The notes under the pieces: model-generated
What the model was told of the DNA's origin: nothing
Databases searched by the model: none
Seen by the model: the letters and a program-made list of their open reading frames with translations, nothing else
Made by a program: the position numbers and the translations under genes
In this document: one piece after another, positions 20,941-31,783 of the stretch
Numbering within the stretch: position 1 is the stretch's first letter
Layout of the letters: each line of letters opens with the position of its first letter
From: a bacterium
GTDB lineage: Bacteria > SAR324 > JACQKK01
Length of the DNA: 64,000 bases
Direction of reading: 5' to 3'
NCBI GenBank assembly: GCA_965240465.1
Contig: OZ251219.1
Location: 128,001-192,000, forward strand

Positions 20941-21426
20941 TTACTTGTCAACATTGTCTTTACTAGCATTGTCTTTGCTAGCATTGACTTTGCCAGTTTT
21001 ATCCTTGCCTGCTGAGGCTTTTGCCGACTGTTTGTCTTTTGGGTGTTCTATGTTGCTGAAGGGGTCCTTGGGACTATCCACCAATACCGATATAGCCATA
21101 GAAGCAGAATCGCCACGACGAACTCCAGTAGGCAACACACGGCTGTAACCGCCAGCACGAGATTTATAACGCAACGCCAATTCTCCAAATAAGATTGCTG
21201 GAGCTTTTTTGCCTTTTACAAAACGCATCGCATGGCGACGAGCATTTAAATCTCCCCGCTTGCCTAGGGTGATCATCTTATCCACATAGCGACGCATTTC
21301 CTTAGCACGTGCCAAGGTAGTTTCAATTTTTTCATGTACCAACAAACTGGTAACTAGGTTGCGTAACATCGCTCTGCGATGTGATGGGTTCACCCCTAAG
21401 CTCTTTCCTTTTGCTAGATGTCGCAT
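20941..21426 (-). CDS. rplQ: 50S ribosomal protein L17 with C-terminal extension
   Basis: HRRAMLRNL, IETTLARAKE, GGYSR and RRGDSA; follows rpoA. Confidence 0.96.
   Translation of the reverse strand: MRHLAKGKSLGVNPSHRRAMLRNLVTSLLVHEKIETTLARAKEMRRYVDKMITLGKRGDLNARRHAMRFVKGKKAPAILFGELALRYKSRAGGYSRVLPTGVRRGDSASMAISVLVDSPKDPFSNIEHPKDKQSAKASAGKDKTGKVNASKDNASKDNVDK
20952..20996. repeat. 15-bp tandem repeat x3 in the rplQ tail
   Basis: cattgtctttactag / cattgtctttgctag / cattgactttgccag, encoding the repeated NASKD segments. Confidence 0.8.
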
Positions 21427-21475
21427 GGCGAATCTCCCTCTGCATCAAATAATGAATTGAAAGCAGTGATTGTTT

Positions 21476-22456
21476 TTAGTGGGTTTTCTCTCTATCTTCA
21501 GGCTGCATTCCCAAATGTAAATCCATACCATTTAGAATATCTTTAATTTCGTTCAAGGATTTACGCCCAAAATTCTTGGTCTTCAACATGTCCTGCTCAG
21601 ACCTCAATACCAATTCTCCAATGGTTTTAATGTTGGCATTCTGCAGGCAATTGATGGAGCGCACCGATAAATCCAATTCACTAACTGAGCGATCCCAATC
21701 TGCATTGACACTCTCATTCTGTTGATCCTTGCTTTTCACTATAGCATCAGCTTCTTCCTCATCAAAAGTGATAAATACATTCATGTGCTCTTTTAAGATC
21801 TTAGCTGAATAAGCTAAGGCATCTGAGGGTTGAAACGCACCATTAGTCCAAATTTCAAAAATCAAGCGGTCATAATCGGTACGTTGGCCCACGCGAGCGT
21901 TTTCTACTTCATAGTTAATACGCTTGATGGGTGTATGTACTGAATCGAGGTAAATAACATCGGCGGGTAGTTCTGGGAATTTGTTTTCTTCAGCAGGAAC
22001 ATATCCCTTATTCAAGGTGACAAAGATACGCATTTGCAATTCTGCCCCTTCATCTAGATTGGCGATAACATAATCGGGATTTTTAACCTCAACCTTACCC
22101 CCAGTAACAATGTCTGAAGCCTTGAGTATTGCAGGTCCGGCTCCAACCAATTCCATTTCGTGTACTCCTTCTTCCAGTTGTTTAAGTTGCAGGTTTTTCA
22201 GGTTTAGGACCAGCTGAACAACATCCTCACGGACACCGTTGATGGACTCAAACTCATGAGCGACCCCCTCTATTTTTACAGCCACCACGGCACAACCTTG
22301 CATAGAAGATAGTAGAACGCGCCTAAGAGCATGTCCTATGGTGATACCAAAACCTTTTTCTAAAGGCTCCACGATAAAGCGACCATAATCGGGAGAAGAT
22401 TTGATCAATTCAATGTTGTTAGGTTTTTGGAGATTTTCCCAATTTCTGGTGTACAT
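21476..22456 (-). CDS. rpoA: RNA polymerase alpha subunit
   Basis: EPLEKGFGITIGHALRRVLLSS, RVGQRTDYD, LSVRSINCL and KNFGRKSLNEI. Confidence 0.98.
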   Translation of the reverse strand: MYTRNWENLQKPNNIELIKSSPDYGRFIVEPLEKGFGITIGHALRRVLLSSMQGCAVVAVKIEGVAHEFESINGVREDVVQLVLNLKNLQLKQLEEGVHEMELVGAGPAILKASDIVTGGKVEVKNPDYVIANLDEGAELQMRIFVTLNKGYVPAEENKFPELPADVIYLDSVHTPIKRINYEVENARVGQRTDYDRLIFEIWTNGAFQPSDALAYSAKILKEHMNVFITFDEEEADAIVKSKDQQNESVNADWDRSVSELDLSVRSINCLQNANIKTIGELVLRSEQDMLKTKNFGRKSLNEIKDILNGMDLHLGMQPEDREKTH

Positions 22457-22538
22457 TAAAATATCCTGAGTGTGGTGATGGTCAGAGAGGATCTAAGATA
22501 GACAAAGATTTTCGTTATAGAGGTCAAAAATATAATTA

Positions 22539-23168
22539 TTAACGTGAATAAAGTTCAACGATTAGTTGTTCTTGAATAGGCAGAGTTATTTCTTCTCGTT
22601 TTGGTTCTGAGATAACTACCCCTTGATAGTCTTGAAGGTTCACTTCAAGCCAGCTTGGTTGTGGTCTTTGTGCAGCAGTGGCGATGGATTCATTGATATG
22701 AGAATGCTGGCGACTTTTTTCACAGATAGAGATTACATCTTGGGTACGCACCACAATGGATGGTGTATTGGCACGTTTACTATTGAGGAGGACATGCCCA
22801 TGAGTGACAAGTTGCCGTGCTTGGCTACGCGAGGAGGCAAACCCCATACGATAGATGACATTGTCCAAGCGTTTTTCGAGCAACATGAGCAAGTTATTTC
22901 CACTCATGCCTTTTTTGCGTGCTGCGATAGAGAAGAAACGGCGGAATTGTTTTTCCAAAACTCCATAAATGCGTTTCACTTTTTGTTTTTCCCGCAATTG
23001 GATTCCGAACTCAGAACGTTTGGAGCGAAAGCCTAATTTGTGCATTCCGGGGGGGTGATTACGTTTCTCGATGGCACACTTGTCCGTATAGCAACGTTCT
23101 CCTTTGAGAAATAATTTAGTGCCTTCACGGCGACAGAGACGACAGACAGGGTCAGTGTAGCGAGACAA
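22539..23168 (-). CDS. rpsD: 30S ribosomal protein S4 (zinc-binding C+ form)
   Basis: CRLCRREG..C....C, QLREKQK and LEKRLDN; TTG start. Confidence 0.97.
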   Translation of the reverse strand: MSRYTDPVCRLCRREGTKLFLKGERCYTDKCAIEKRNHPPGMHKLGFRSKRSEFGIQLREKQKVKRIYGVLEKQFRRFFSIAARKKGMSGNNLLMLLEKRLDNVIYRMGFASSRSQARQLVTHGHVLLNSKRANTPSIVVRTQDVISICEKSRQHSHINESIATAAQRPQPSWLEVNLQDYQGVVISEPKREEITLPIQEQLIVELYSR

Positions 23169-23228
23169 GAGAGTTTATATCCTATACAAAGAGGTTGGAG
23201 GTAATGGGTTTCTGGTATGAGAAAAAGG

Positions 23229-23618
23229 TTATATGCGACGCATTTTTGGGGACTGGCAACCATTGTGAGGAATGGGGGTTATATCACGAATAAAAGAGAC
23301 CTTCATACCCTCACTAGCAAGTGCTCTTAAGGCAGCTTCTCTACCTGAGCCAGGGCCTTTGACGTTCACATCTACTTGTTGCATGCCGTGTTCGCGTGCC
23401 TTTCTAATGGCATTTTCTGCCGCAGTGCGGGCTGCAAAAGGAGTGCTTTTGCGTGAACCTTTGAACCCATTGGCACCAGTGCTTGACCAGGCAATAACGT
23501 TTCCTTTCATATCTGTGAAAGAAACAATGGTATTATTCAGAGTAGCCAAAATATGGCAAATCCCGACTGGAACATTTTTCTTTTCGCGCTTTTTGGTGCT
23601 TTTTTTAGATTTATCCAT
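23229..23618 (-). CDS. rpsK: 30S ribosomal protein S11
   Basis: [21 protein letters not shown] and [10 protein letters not shown]. Confidence 0.98.
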   Translation of the reverse strand: MDKSKKSTKKREKKNVPVGICHILATLNNTIVSFTDMKGNVIAWSSTGANGFKGSRKSTPFAARTAAENAIRKAREHGMQQVDVNVKGPGSGREAALRALASEGMKVSFIRDITPIPHNGCQSPKMRRI

Positions 23619-23744
23619 AGTTATTTGGGTGACGCAAGTAATTAATTATCGGTTAAAATCGTGGTTGTAAAATGATGAGATGTATCATATTTGGATGGTT
23701 AATGTTACCGAAACATATCACCATCTACGGTATTATTTGTGCTA

Positions 23745-24107
23745 CTAGCCTTTCCCTCGTCCTACCGAGCGGCCAGGCCCTTTACGAGTTCTGGCATTTG
23801 TTTTGGTTCGCTGTCCTCTAACAGGCAGTCCCCGGCGATGACGTAACCCCCGATAATTTCCTAAGTCCATCAGGCGTTTGATGTTCATTTGCACTTCGCT
23901 ACGCAGTTCACCTTCTACTTTGTATTCTTGAATAGCACTTCTTAATCGGGTAATCTGTCCATCGTCCAGCCGACTGGGGCGGATATTTTCATCTACATTT
24001 GCCTTGCTCAAAATTCGGGATGATGCGTGATAGCCAATTCCATAAACATAGGTCAGTGCAATAACCATGCGTTTCTCTGGTAAGTCTACACCAACAATTC
24101 GTACCAC
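23745..24107 (-). CDS. rpsM: 30S ribosomal protein S13
   Basis: [12 protein letters not shown] and [26 protein letters not shown]. Confidence 0.98.
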   Translation of the reverse strand: MVRIVGVDLPEKRMVIALTYVYGIGYHASSRILSKANVDENIRPSRLDDGQITRLRSAIQEYKVEGELRSEVQMNIKRLMDLGNYRGLRHRRGLPVRGQRTKTNARTRKGPGRSVGRGKG

Positions 24108-24149
24108 GACAGATCCCTTTCTTCGTTTAGTAGCTTTATCATAAGTTTT

Positions 24150-24263
24150 TTAACCTTGGCGTTGCTTGTGGCGAGGGTTCTTGCAAATCACCCGCAGTAC
24201 TCTCTTGCGGCGTACCAACCTGCAGGAAGAACACATCTTCTTTACTGAAGACCTTACTTTCAT
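24150..24263 (-). CDS. rpmJ: 50S ribosomal protein L36 (37 aa, C+ zinc form)
   Basis: Below the ORF-track size cut-off. Hand translation [37 protein letters not shown], with AAGG upstream. Confidence 0.96.
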   Translation of the reverse strand: MKVRSSVKKMCSSCRLVRRKRVLRVICKNPRHKQRQG

Positions 24264-24398
24264 TATTTACCTTCGTCGCTCACCTTTGAATCAATCTCCA
24301 GTGATATACATTGCATCAAACATCTTGCATTCTCCACTTGCCCTGTTTAATGGACGCATGGGAATACCATCAAATCCTAAGCGGGCGACCAACAGAAC

Positions 24399-24427
24399 AT
24401 TCTCCATATATGGTTTGTGTGTGTCAA
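24399..24427 (-). promoter_or_regulatory. Putative sigma70 promoter for the rpmJ-alpha operon
   Basis: Minus strand TTGACA-17 nt-GAGAAT, about 135 nt upstream of the rpmJ start, in the divergent intergenic region. Confidence 0.45.
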
Positions 24428-24607
24428 GTAATAATTCCGATAATTGTACGCTTTACCATACAAAATAACGCAACCTCGTGTGTGTCGGTGGTGAAATAGT
24501 AGGCTTGTATGCAAGACGATTAGTATTGATACTTGCAAGATGAGCTGTTTTATATTACCGTGACCTCCTGCAGTAAAACCTGTTGTAGAATTTAAGAAGG
24601 TTTCCTG

Positions 24608-25927
24608 ATGTCTATAAATGTTGAAGTACTCACTAAAGGTCAATTTATGGGTGTTATGCCTTTCTCTGTGTATTGCTTACCCAATGGCATGAGTATTCTG
24701 TTGTTGCAAAATGAAATCAGCCCAGTGGTTTCTTCGTTGTTGTATTACAAGGTGGGTAGTGCCTACGAAAACGATTCCCAGCGTGGTTTGGCTCATTTTC
24801 TTGAACACATGATGTTTAGAGAAACAACATCCCACACTGATAGCAGTTTTGATCGCAGTGTATCAAGAATGGGAGGAGTAGGCCTGAATGCTTTTACCTC
24901 TTGTGATGCCACGGTTTATCTCGTAGAATTACCTACAAACAAATTACAAAATTTGCTGGAGCTGGAAGCTGATCGCATGGCGAATTTAAAGCTTGATGAA
25001 TCTCAAATTGATACAGAAAGAGGTGCCGTACTAGGGGAAATTGACATGTACAATGACATGCCTGTTACCCAGATTTACGACCGTATGATGGAAGAAGCTT
25101 TCTATCCGCATGTATACAGGCACCCGGTTATTGGGTATTGCGAACAAGTTAGGAATTTTAAGCAAGATGATTTTAAGCGTTTTTACAGAAGGTTTTACTC
25201 ACCTAATAACGCCTTCTTAGTGATAGCAGGTGGTTTTGAGGAAAAGCAGGTGATCGAGTGGATATGGTCTTCATTTGCCCACCTGAGTGCCAGCCGACCA
25301 CAAGAAGAAGCTTTACAAATAGAGCCTCGCACGAAAAGTGATCCTTGGAAGGAAAATCGCTGGGTTGAATTAAAGAATCCTTCGGTTCAAACCGAAACAT
25401 TGATCGTGAGCTGGCGTTCTCCCGGTGTTTTAAATGCAGATTATCCTGCTTTGACTCTGATGGCATCTTGGCTGGGAACGGGGCAGTCTTCGCCCTTATA
25501 TCAGGAATTAGTGCTAAGCGGCTTGGTAGCCAATTACACCATTACTCTACAAGAGCAAGAAATGTTGTGGCTCGACCCAGCTCTAATTATCATGGATGCC
25601 AGACTGAGTCCCGGTGTCTCTTCAGAACAGGTGAATGATAAGATTAACAAACTGCTACAAAAGCTGGTAAAAAACCCTCCCGGATCGGAAGACATGGCTC
25701 GTGCTCTTAATCAATTGCGTTTGGAGACGTATGCAGTAATAGGAAATAATTACAACATGTCCTGCATGCTGGGGGGAGGTTTCTTAACCCAAGGTGACCC
25801 TCTTTATTGGGAAAAACAACTACAGAATATAGAAAAGGTCACTGCTATTCAGGTACAACAAGTACTGCAAAAGTGGTTGCTGGATTGCCCCCAAATATGT
25901 GTTTGTCAACGCCATGTTCAAAAATAA
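24608..25927 (+). CDS. M16 family zinc peptidase, catalytic subunit
   Basis: Inverted zinc motif HFLEH, NAFTS, ERGAVLGE and FYSPNNA. Confidence 0.9.
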   Translation: MSINVEVLTKGQFMGVMPFSVYCLPNGMSILLLQNEISPVVSSLLYYKVGSAYENDSQRGLAHFLEHMMFRETTSHTDSSFDRSVSRMGGVGLNAFTSCDATVYLVELPTNKLQNLLELEADRMANLKLDESQIDTERGAVLGEIDMYNDMPVTQIYDRMMEEAFYPHVYRHPVIGYCEQVRNFKQDDFKRFYRRFYSPNNAFLVIAGGFEEKQVIEWIWSSFAHLSASRPQEEALQIEPRTKSDPWKENRWVELKNPSVQTETLIVSWRSPGVLNADYPALTLMASWLGTGQSSPLYQELVLSGLVANYTITLQEQEMLWLDPALIIMDARLSPGVSSEQVNDKINKLLQKLVKNPPGSEDMARALNQLRLETYAVIGNNYNMSCMLGGGFLTQGDPLYWEKQLQNIEKVTAIQVQQVLQKWLLDCPQICVCQRHVQK

Positions 25928-25954
25928 TCTTAAACTACAACAAATGTCGTCACT

Positions 25955-27280
25955 ATGAATATCATTCATCAACACGCACTCACTAGTCGCATTAGCCAAA
26001 TTCAGCTAGTGCTACCACGCACCGGCTATTGCTTAGATCCCAATTCGCTAGACGGATTGACCCGTGTGACACTACGCATGCTAGAACAAGGTGCCGGAGG
26101 TATGGATGCACAAACCTTCAACGCCCAGTTGGAAAAATTAGGTGCCAACATTGGTCATACGCTCGCCAATGACCATATCAGAGTTTTCCTTAGCGTATTG
26201 ACAGAAAACATTGAAGTAGCAATAGAAATGTTCGCTAAAGCACTCTTTCAACCGAATTTTACCCAACAATGTTTGACACAACTGAAACAAGAACTCATAA
26301 GCACCTGGATTACCGAACGACAACAATCTAAGCATCTACGAGCGATAGAAGTTCTCTTTGTCAACCTCCACAAAGGAGGACCACAAGGAAAATCAGCAGA
26401 CGGTAACCCTACTGGAATAAATAATATCACTCTGGAAAATGTCCAAAGCCAGTATAAAAAGATTTTTGTCTCTCCAAAAGCCTTCTTTGCAATTGTTTCT
26501 AATCTTCCAAAAAAGCAATTGGAAACCATGCTGGAACCTTTGGAAAAATTTATTGCTACATCTAAACCTACACCATTTACTCATCCATGGGATGAGTATA
26601 ACCCACTTACCCCCCCAGGAAGGCGTGTAACCATTGTTCCTGAAGCAAATACCAACACTGATGAGATCCTCTTATCTCGCTTTGCTGCCAATGAATCCAA
26701 AAATGATTGGTACATCCAACAGCTAGCAAATTTCATCCTTGGTGGAAGTATGTTTTCACGTCTGTTTCATGAAATTCGCGGTAAACGAGGTTATTCCTAC
26801 GGTGCATCTGCCTCGCAAGACAATCGCAGTGGCAAAACACCCCGAAACGTAAATGCTCCTATCATTATTTACACCTTCCCCAGTGCCGATAAAACTATAA
26901 AGGCTCTACCTCTCGCCCTTAAAATTTATGAAGACTGGGCACAAAAAGGAATTACTCAAGAAGAACTTGATCTGGCTAGCAAATCCCTCATACAATCCTA
27001 CCCCTTCCAAAATAATACCCCTCATAAACAACTGGGCTGGCAAATAATACAACAATTATATGGAATTCAGATCACTCCTAAAGACAAATACCAGCAACAG
27101 CTGGAAGACCTTACCACTAAGGACGTTTTCAAAGCTGTTCAAGCAGTACACAATACCTCGGACTTGGAAATAGTACTGTTGGGAGACCAAAAAAGATTGA
27201 ACAAAGTGGTTGATTCCATCCATACCATTACAGAGGTACGTACTGTAAAATATCCCGAAGAAACAACTATCGCAGCTTAA
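25955..27280 (+). CDS. M16 family peptidase, non-catalytic partner subunit
   Basis: No HxxEH motif, but keeps LGG..FSRLFHEIRGKRGYSY. Sits in tandem with the catalytic subunit, as in heterodimeric M16B enzymes. Confidence 0.85.
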   Translation: MNIIHQHALTSRISQIQLVLPRTGYCLDPNSLDGLTRVTLRMLEQGAGGMDAQTFNAQLEKLGANIGHTLANDHIRVFLSVLTENIEVAIEMFAKALFQPNFTQQCLTQLKQELISTWITERQQSKHLRAIEVLFVNLHKGGPQGKSADGNPTGINNITLENVQSQYKKIFVSPKAFFAIVSNLPKKQLETMLEPLEKFIATSKPTPFTHPWDEYNPLTPPGRRVTIVPEANTNTDEILLSRFAANESKNDWYIQQLANFILGGSMFSRLFHEIRGKRGYSYGASASQDNRSGKTPRNVNAPIIIYTFPSADKTIKALPLALKIYEDWAQKGITQEELDLASKSLIQSYPFQNNTPHKQLGWQIIQQLYGIQITPKDKYQQQLEDLTTKDVFKAVQAVHNTSDLEIVLLGDQKRLNKVVDSIHTITEVRTVKYPEETTIAA

Positions 27281-27316
27281 TTCCTACCTACAGGATTAAG
27301 CACTCCCTGCTGTGGG

Positions 27317-29167
27317 TTAGGTTATCTTGCTACAGAGTTTTTGCAGTTGCTGATGTCTGGTGTGTGAAATCTGGAAATCGGTTTTGATCTCAATCATTTC
27401 AATGCCCTTGTTCCGAGTCGTTTCAACGATGATGCGAGAAAGTTCCGCTAGGCTTGTTGGTTGATAATAGTCAATATCATGGGCTTGGGCTAGTTTTTGA
27501 AATTGAGTGTGGTGTGGGGCTAGAAATAATGATTTAAACTGGGGATGGTGCTTAATAGGCAGAGTATAAAAAATACCACCACCATTGTTATTTATGAGAA
27601 TAATTTTAAGGGGGATTTTTGTTTGTTGATTCATGCAGAGTACATTACTGTCATGGAGAAGTGCTGTATCACCGATGAGTAAGAAGGAAGACTTAGCATT
27701 ATGTTTTGCTGCTCCAAGAGCGGTGGAGATAGTGCCATCAATGCCATTGGTGCCTCTATTGGATAGGTGTGTAATGGGAGGAGCATTTTGAGGCCAGTAT
27801 TGTGAGAGGTATCTAAGGCAAAGACTGCTGGCAGTAAAAATAAGGGAGTGTTGAGGTATCAGGGACGCAAGCTGGATGATTAATTGACCTTCAAACCAGC
27901 TGTGTTGGGGAGGTTGGGGCAGATAAGAATTTTGCTGGAGATTTTGGTTGATGATTTGCTGAATATCCTGTTTAGCAGAAGAGAAAATAGAGAGCCACTG
28001 GGGATCTCTATGAGATTTATTGATGGAGTTAATGGACTGGAGGAGTTGTTTGATAGTAAGAGTTGGCTCCGCGTGCAGATGTTGAGAGTGAGGATGATGA
28101 TGATGATCGTTCCAGCGACCTTGGGGATCTATTATTGTTTGAGGTGTATCTGGCTGTGACAGTAGGCTATCTAGTTCAGCGTCCACGGGCATAGCCCCAA
28201 AGCGAAGGATATATTGTGGGGGCATAGCCTGTTGTACAGCTTTGGTTTGAAGTGTAGCACTGGGGTGTGGAATAAGGTTGGGATGGGTACCATTTTGCCA
28301 AATACCGCTTGAAGGTTCTGCAAAAATTGGCCATCCCAGCTGGTAAGCCAGCGAGGTAATGCTCTGTGCAAATGATTTGAGGGGAAAGGTAGTATCCAGG
28401 GTGGAGATAGGAGAATGAGGACCACCAACTATTATGCCTCTGGGGATATTGGATATAGTTTCCGCAAGGGATGAGAAAACTTTAAACGATAGTTTAGGGA
28501 TGGCTGGATTAGCAGAAACTTGCAGTGGGACGGAATAATCTTGTTGTAACAGTTGAGCAGCTATTTTTATTACCGAGGACGGTAATTTTTCAGCAGTCGT
28601 TGATGGTTCAAGTGGTTTTGGGAAAGGGAAGTTGATGTGAACAGGCCCTTGCGGAATACAAAGAGCTTTTTTAAGAAGTTTGGGTGCAAGACTAAATAGA
28701 GCAAGCAATGCTGAGGCAGTCATGCGAGGCTCACCTGGGTTAACGTGCCAGTGGTCGTAAGAGGCAAACATGCCATCTTGATGGGTGGTTTGATTAGCTC
28801 CACAGTGATGCAGTTGTGGTGGTCTGTCGGCTGAAATTACAATGAGAGGAATACAAGAGTTATGAGCTTCAACGATCGCAGGTAAGAAATTGGCAGGTGC
28901 TGTTCCGGACGTACAGAGTACTGCTACTGGTTTGTGGCTACTTTTTGCTATTCCCATGGCAAAGAATGCCGCAGAGCGTTCATCAATTATAAGATGAGTC
29001 CTTAAGCTAGTGTGAGCCGCACATGCCAAGGATATTGGTGCTGAACGAGAACCTGGACTAATACAAATATCGCGTATACCCGAAAGGCTTAGGGCATGAA
29101 CAAATATAGATGCCCATAAAGTATTGGCGTTGGCTAAATAATCGTGGTCACGAAAGGCGGTGAACAT
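27317..29167 (-). CDS. menD: SEPHCHC synthase MenD
   Basis: ISPGSRSAP, DERSAAF, CTSGTA, ADRP, SNRGTNGIDG and GD...NNNGGGIF (ThDP motif). Confidence 0.93.
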   Translation of the reverse strand: MFTAFRDHDYLANANTLWASIFVHALSLSGIRDICISPGSRSAPISLACAAHTSLRTHLIIDERSAAFFAMGIAKSSHKPVAVLCTSGTAPANFLPAIVEAHNSCIPLIVISADRPPQLHHCGANQTTHQDGMFASYDHWHVNPGEPRMTASALLALFSLAPKLLKKALCIPQGPVHINFPFPKPLEPSTTAEKLPSSVIKIAAQLLQQDYSVPLQVSANPAIPKLSFKVFSSLAETISNIPRGIIVGGPHSPISTLDTTFPLKSFAQSITSLAYQLGWPIFAEPSSGIWQNGTHPNLIPHPSATLQTKAVQQAMPPQYILRFGAMPVDAELDSLLSQPDTPQTIIDPQGRWNDHHHHPHSQHLHAEPTLTIKQLLQSINSINKSHRDPQWLSIFSSAKQDIQQIINQNLQQNSYLPQPPQHSWFEGQLIIQLASLIPQHSLIFTASSLCLRYLSQYWPQNAPPITHLSNRGTNGIDGTISTALGAAKHNAKSSFLLIGDTALLHDSNVLCMNQQTKIPLKIILINNNGGGIFYTLPIKHHPQFKSLFLAPHHTQFQKLAQAHDIDYYQPTSLAELSRIIVETTRNKGIEMIEIKTDFQISHTRHQQLQKLCSKIT

Positions 29168-29223
29168 GTAAAGAAGAGGTTTTTGGAGTGAAAATTTTTT
29201 GGATAAATTGTCAATAAATATGG

Positions 29224-30672
29224 TTATAGGGAAGGATTTATAGCTGATATCATGGGTTGGAGTTTCAATTGTAGCTCATGCCACTCATCCTGAGGTTTGG
29301 AGGCTTCCAAGATGCCTGCTCCTACAAATAAGTAGGCTTGATTAGGTCTCAGTAACCCGCAACGCAGGGCAACCGCAAACTCACCATGCCGAGGACCTTG
29401 TAGCCATCCAATCGGAGAAGCAAACCAACCCCGCTCAAATTGCTCTAATTCTGCAATGGCTTGTAATGCCTGTTCACGAGGATATCCTCCCACTGCAGGG
29501 GTGGGATGCAATTTGCCGAGTAAAGTCAATGGAGATATGTCACCACGTGGAAAAAAAACAATCGGGGTGTGCAAATGCTGAACATTAGCAAGTTGCATCA
29601 AGCAAGGCTCGGTAGAAAAACTAACCTCACCATAAGAAGATAACAAACCGGTTATTTCATCCACTACCACACGGTGCTCTTCCCTATCTTTAGCACTGTG
29701 GAAAAGACGTTGGGCGTACTGATTGTCATCAGCAGGATCACTACCTCTGGAGGCTGTTCCTGCCAGAGCACTCAAGCATGCTTTGTTTCCCTCAAAAGAA
29801 ATCAACCTCTCAGGTGAAGCCCCTACAAATATTCCATTCCCAGACTCAGCCCCAGTCTTAGACTCGGGCACAATGCAAAAACAATAGCAGTCTGGGTACT
29901 GCTTTCGTAATCGGGCACTAACTTGATAGGCATCCGTGCACACGGAATAGTACATTACTTGTGTCAAGACTGCCTTATGTAAATCGCTTGATGCCATCTT
30001 ATGCTGCAAGGCTTTTACCATCATATTCCAAGCATGCGATTGTTTCTCTTTACTCAATGCTTCCAGTTCACCAGTATTTTTCCACTCCACCTGAGACACT
30101 TCACTCTGGAACACAGAACTGAGCATTCTTAAACCCTCTTCCAGCCGGTTATGTACGACATTTGATTCATCCATGGTTTCTACCCAAGACTGCACCATGC
30201 CCCACAACTTGTTACCACGACGCACCAAAGCTACTTTTGGTAAAATCATCCGAGCTACTCCAAACTCAGACCATAAATCATCTGTAACCTCAGAGAAAAA
30301 AGAAAATCCACCCACTAGTAACGGATACTCCACTGCCCCCTGAAAACCAGAACCGCATACTGCTTCTTGCTGTAATCTCTCAACCTGAGTTGCCAATTTC
30401 TCAAAACGCTCATCCCCTTTAGAGCTCAACACATGGCTACTTCCGCCTGTAGCTAAGCCCTCGTTCACACTTGGGTGTTCCCAGTAAAAAGAATTTCCCT
30501 CTAAATCTTGCAAAATCCGAGCACAATTTAATATATCAACCCCTTGAAATTGCGATAGATCTATCATCTGTACTACAGCACAACCCCTTCCTAATCTAAC
30601 TGCCTGTGCTAACCCTCGTTCACATAATCCGCCTAGATCAGGAACACGAATTTGTACCATATCACACCACAC
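29224..30672 (-). CDS. menF: Isochorismate synthase
   Basis: GASPERL, ALAGT, KDREEH, LHPTPAVGG and GAGI; directly upstream of menD. Confidence 0.88.
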   Translation of the reverse strand: MWCDMVQIRVPDLGGLCERGLAQAVRLGRGCAVVQMIDLSQFQGVDILNCARILQDLEGNSFYWEHPSVNEGLATGGSSHVLSSKGDERFEKLATQVERLQQEAVCGSGFQGAVEYPLLVGGFSFFSEVTDDLWSEFGVARMILPKVALVRRGNKLWGMVQSWVETMDESNVVHNRLEEGLRMLSSVFQSEVSQVEWKNTGELEALSKEKQSHAWNMMVKALQHKMASSDLHKAVLTQVMYYSVCTDAYQVSARLRKQYPDCYCFCIVPESKTGAESGNGIFVGASPERLISFEGNKACLSALAGTASRGSDPADDNQYAQRLFHSAKDREEHRVVVDEITGLLSSYGEVSFSTEPCLMQLANVQHLHTPIVFFPRGDISPLTLLGKLHPTPAVGGYPREQALQAIAELEQFERGWFASPIGWLQGPRHGEFAVALRCGLLRPNQAYLFVGAGILEASKPQDEWHELQLKLQPMISAINPSL

Positions 30673-30962
30673 CTAGAGCTAAACTCTCTAACTAACCTAC
30701 CCATTAACTTGTAATACATACTGCCTAATCACTATTATCATTAGTCAGTTAACCACGAATTTATTCATATCGTCTCATTAATTTTTAGCAAAACCCCGAT
30801 TACAAAACCATCATGCCTCTATTAAATATGAGAATCTCATTCTGTTACAAACACCCCTCGCTGTAAAAGGCATGATAAACTACTTCTTGTTAGCATTCTA
30901 ATAAGATTTGATAAAACCAACCCAGCACTACAATAACCACCACCACCCAACCCCCGCCCGCT

Positions 30963-31766
30963 ATGAATACTGCTTATAAAGATATTTACTACCAAGTCCA
31001 AGCAGGAGTATCTACAGTGACCATCAATCGCCCAGAAGTGCTCAATGCCTTCCGTCCTCAAACGGTGGATGAAATACTGGAAGCATTCCAACAAGCATGG
31101 GATGATGAATCAGTCGGAGTGGTAGTGCTGACAGGAGCTGGTGGTAATTTCTGCAGTGGTGGAGATCAAAAACTTCGCGGGGACAGCGGCTATTTAGATA
31201 AATCTCAGAACCGCAACCGACTCCAAGTTCGTCATCTTCATAGAATGATAAGAGATATTCCCAAGCCTGTAATTGCGATGGTTGATGGCTGGTGCGTCGG
31301 GGGTGGTCATGTGTTGCATATTCTATGCGACTTAACTATTGCTTCTGAGCGTGCGAAGTTTGGTCAAACTGGTCCCAAAGTAGGAAGCTTTGATGCTGGA
31401 TTTGGCACCATACAATTGGCACGCATTGTAGGAGAAAAAAAAGCCCGCGAAATATGGTTTCTCTGTGAATCCTACAACGCTGAAGAAGCACTCTTGATGG
31501 GGCTAGTCAATAAAGTTGTACCCCTTGAAGAATTGACTTCCACCACCAAGCAATGGTGCGAAAAAATATTGTCTCGCAGTCCAACCGCATTAAGGTTTTT
31601 GAAAGCATCCTTCAATGCCGATACCGATCATGTCTATGGTCTGCAAAACATAGCCCACGGAGCGGTGCACTTATTTTACGGTAGCGAAGAAAGTAAAGAA
31701 GGGCGCCAAGCTTGGAAAGAAAAACGAACTCCTGATTTTTCATCATTTAGAAGAATGCCTTGGTAA
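30963..31766 (+). CDS. menB: 1,4-dihydroxy-2-naphthoyl-CoA synthase
   Basis: [34 protein letters not shown] and [10 protein letters not shown]; next to menFD. Confidence 0.93.
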   Translation: MNTAYKDIYYQVQAGVSTVTINRPEVLNAFRPQTVDEILEAFQQAWDDESVGVVVLTGAGGNFCSGGDQKLRGDSGYLDKSQNRNRLQVRHLHRMIRDIPKPVIAMVDGWCVGGGHVLHILCDLTIASERAKFGQTGPKVGSFDAGFGTIQLARIVGEKKAREIWFLCESYNAEEALLMGLVNKVVPLEELTSTTKQWCEKILSRSPTALRFLKASFNADTDHVYGLQNIAHGAVHLFYGSEESKEGRQAWKEKRTPDFSSFRRMPW

Positions 31767-31783
31767 CCTCCAAGCCAAATATT

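Noticed and set aside
21278-21286. Perfect DnaA box TTATCCACA
   Set aside because: It is a single copy inside rplQ with no cluster or unwinding element, so it is not evidence for oriC.
24166-24643. Short ORFs (100, 62 and 88 aa) around rpmJ
   Set aside because: They overlap rpmJ, its candidate promoter or the M16 gene start and carry no recognisable motifs.
27281-27320. Possible bidirectional terminator between the M16 partner gene and menD
   Set aside because: Only an imperfect 8-bp stem with a long loop and no U-tract.
30963-31766. Alternative call as BadI ring hydrolase
   Set aside because: GGDQK.RG, GGGHVLH, GSFDAG and the adjacency to menFD favour MenB.
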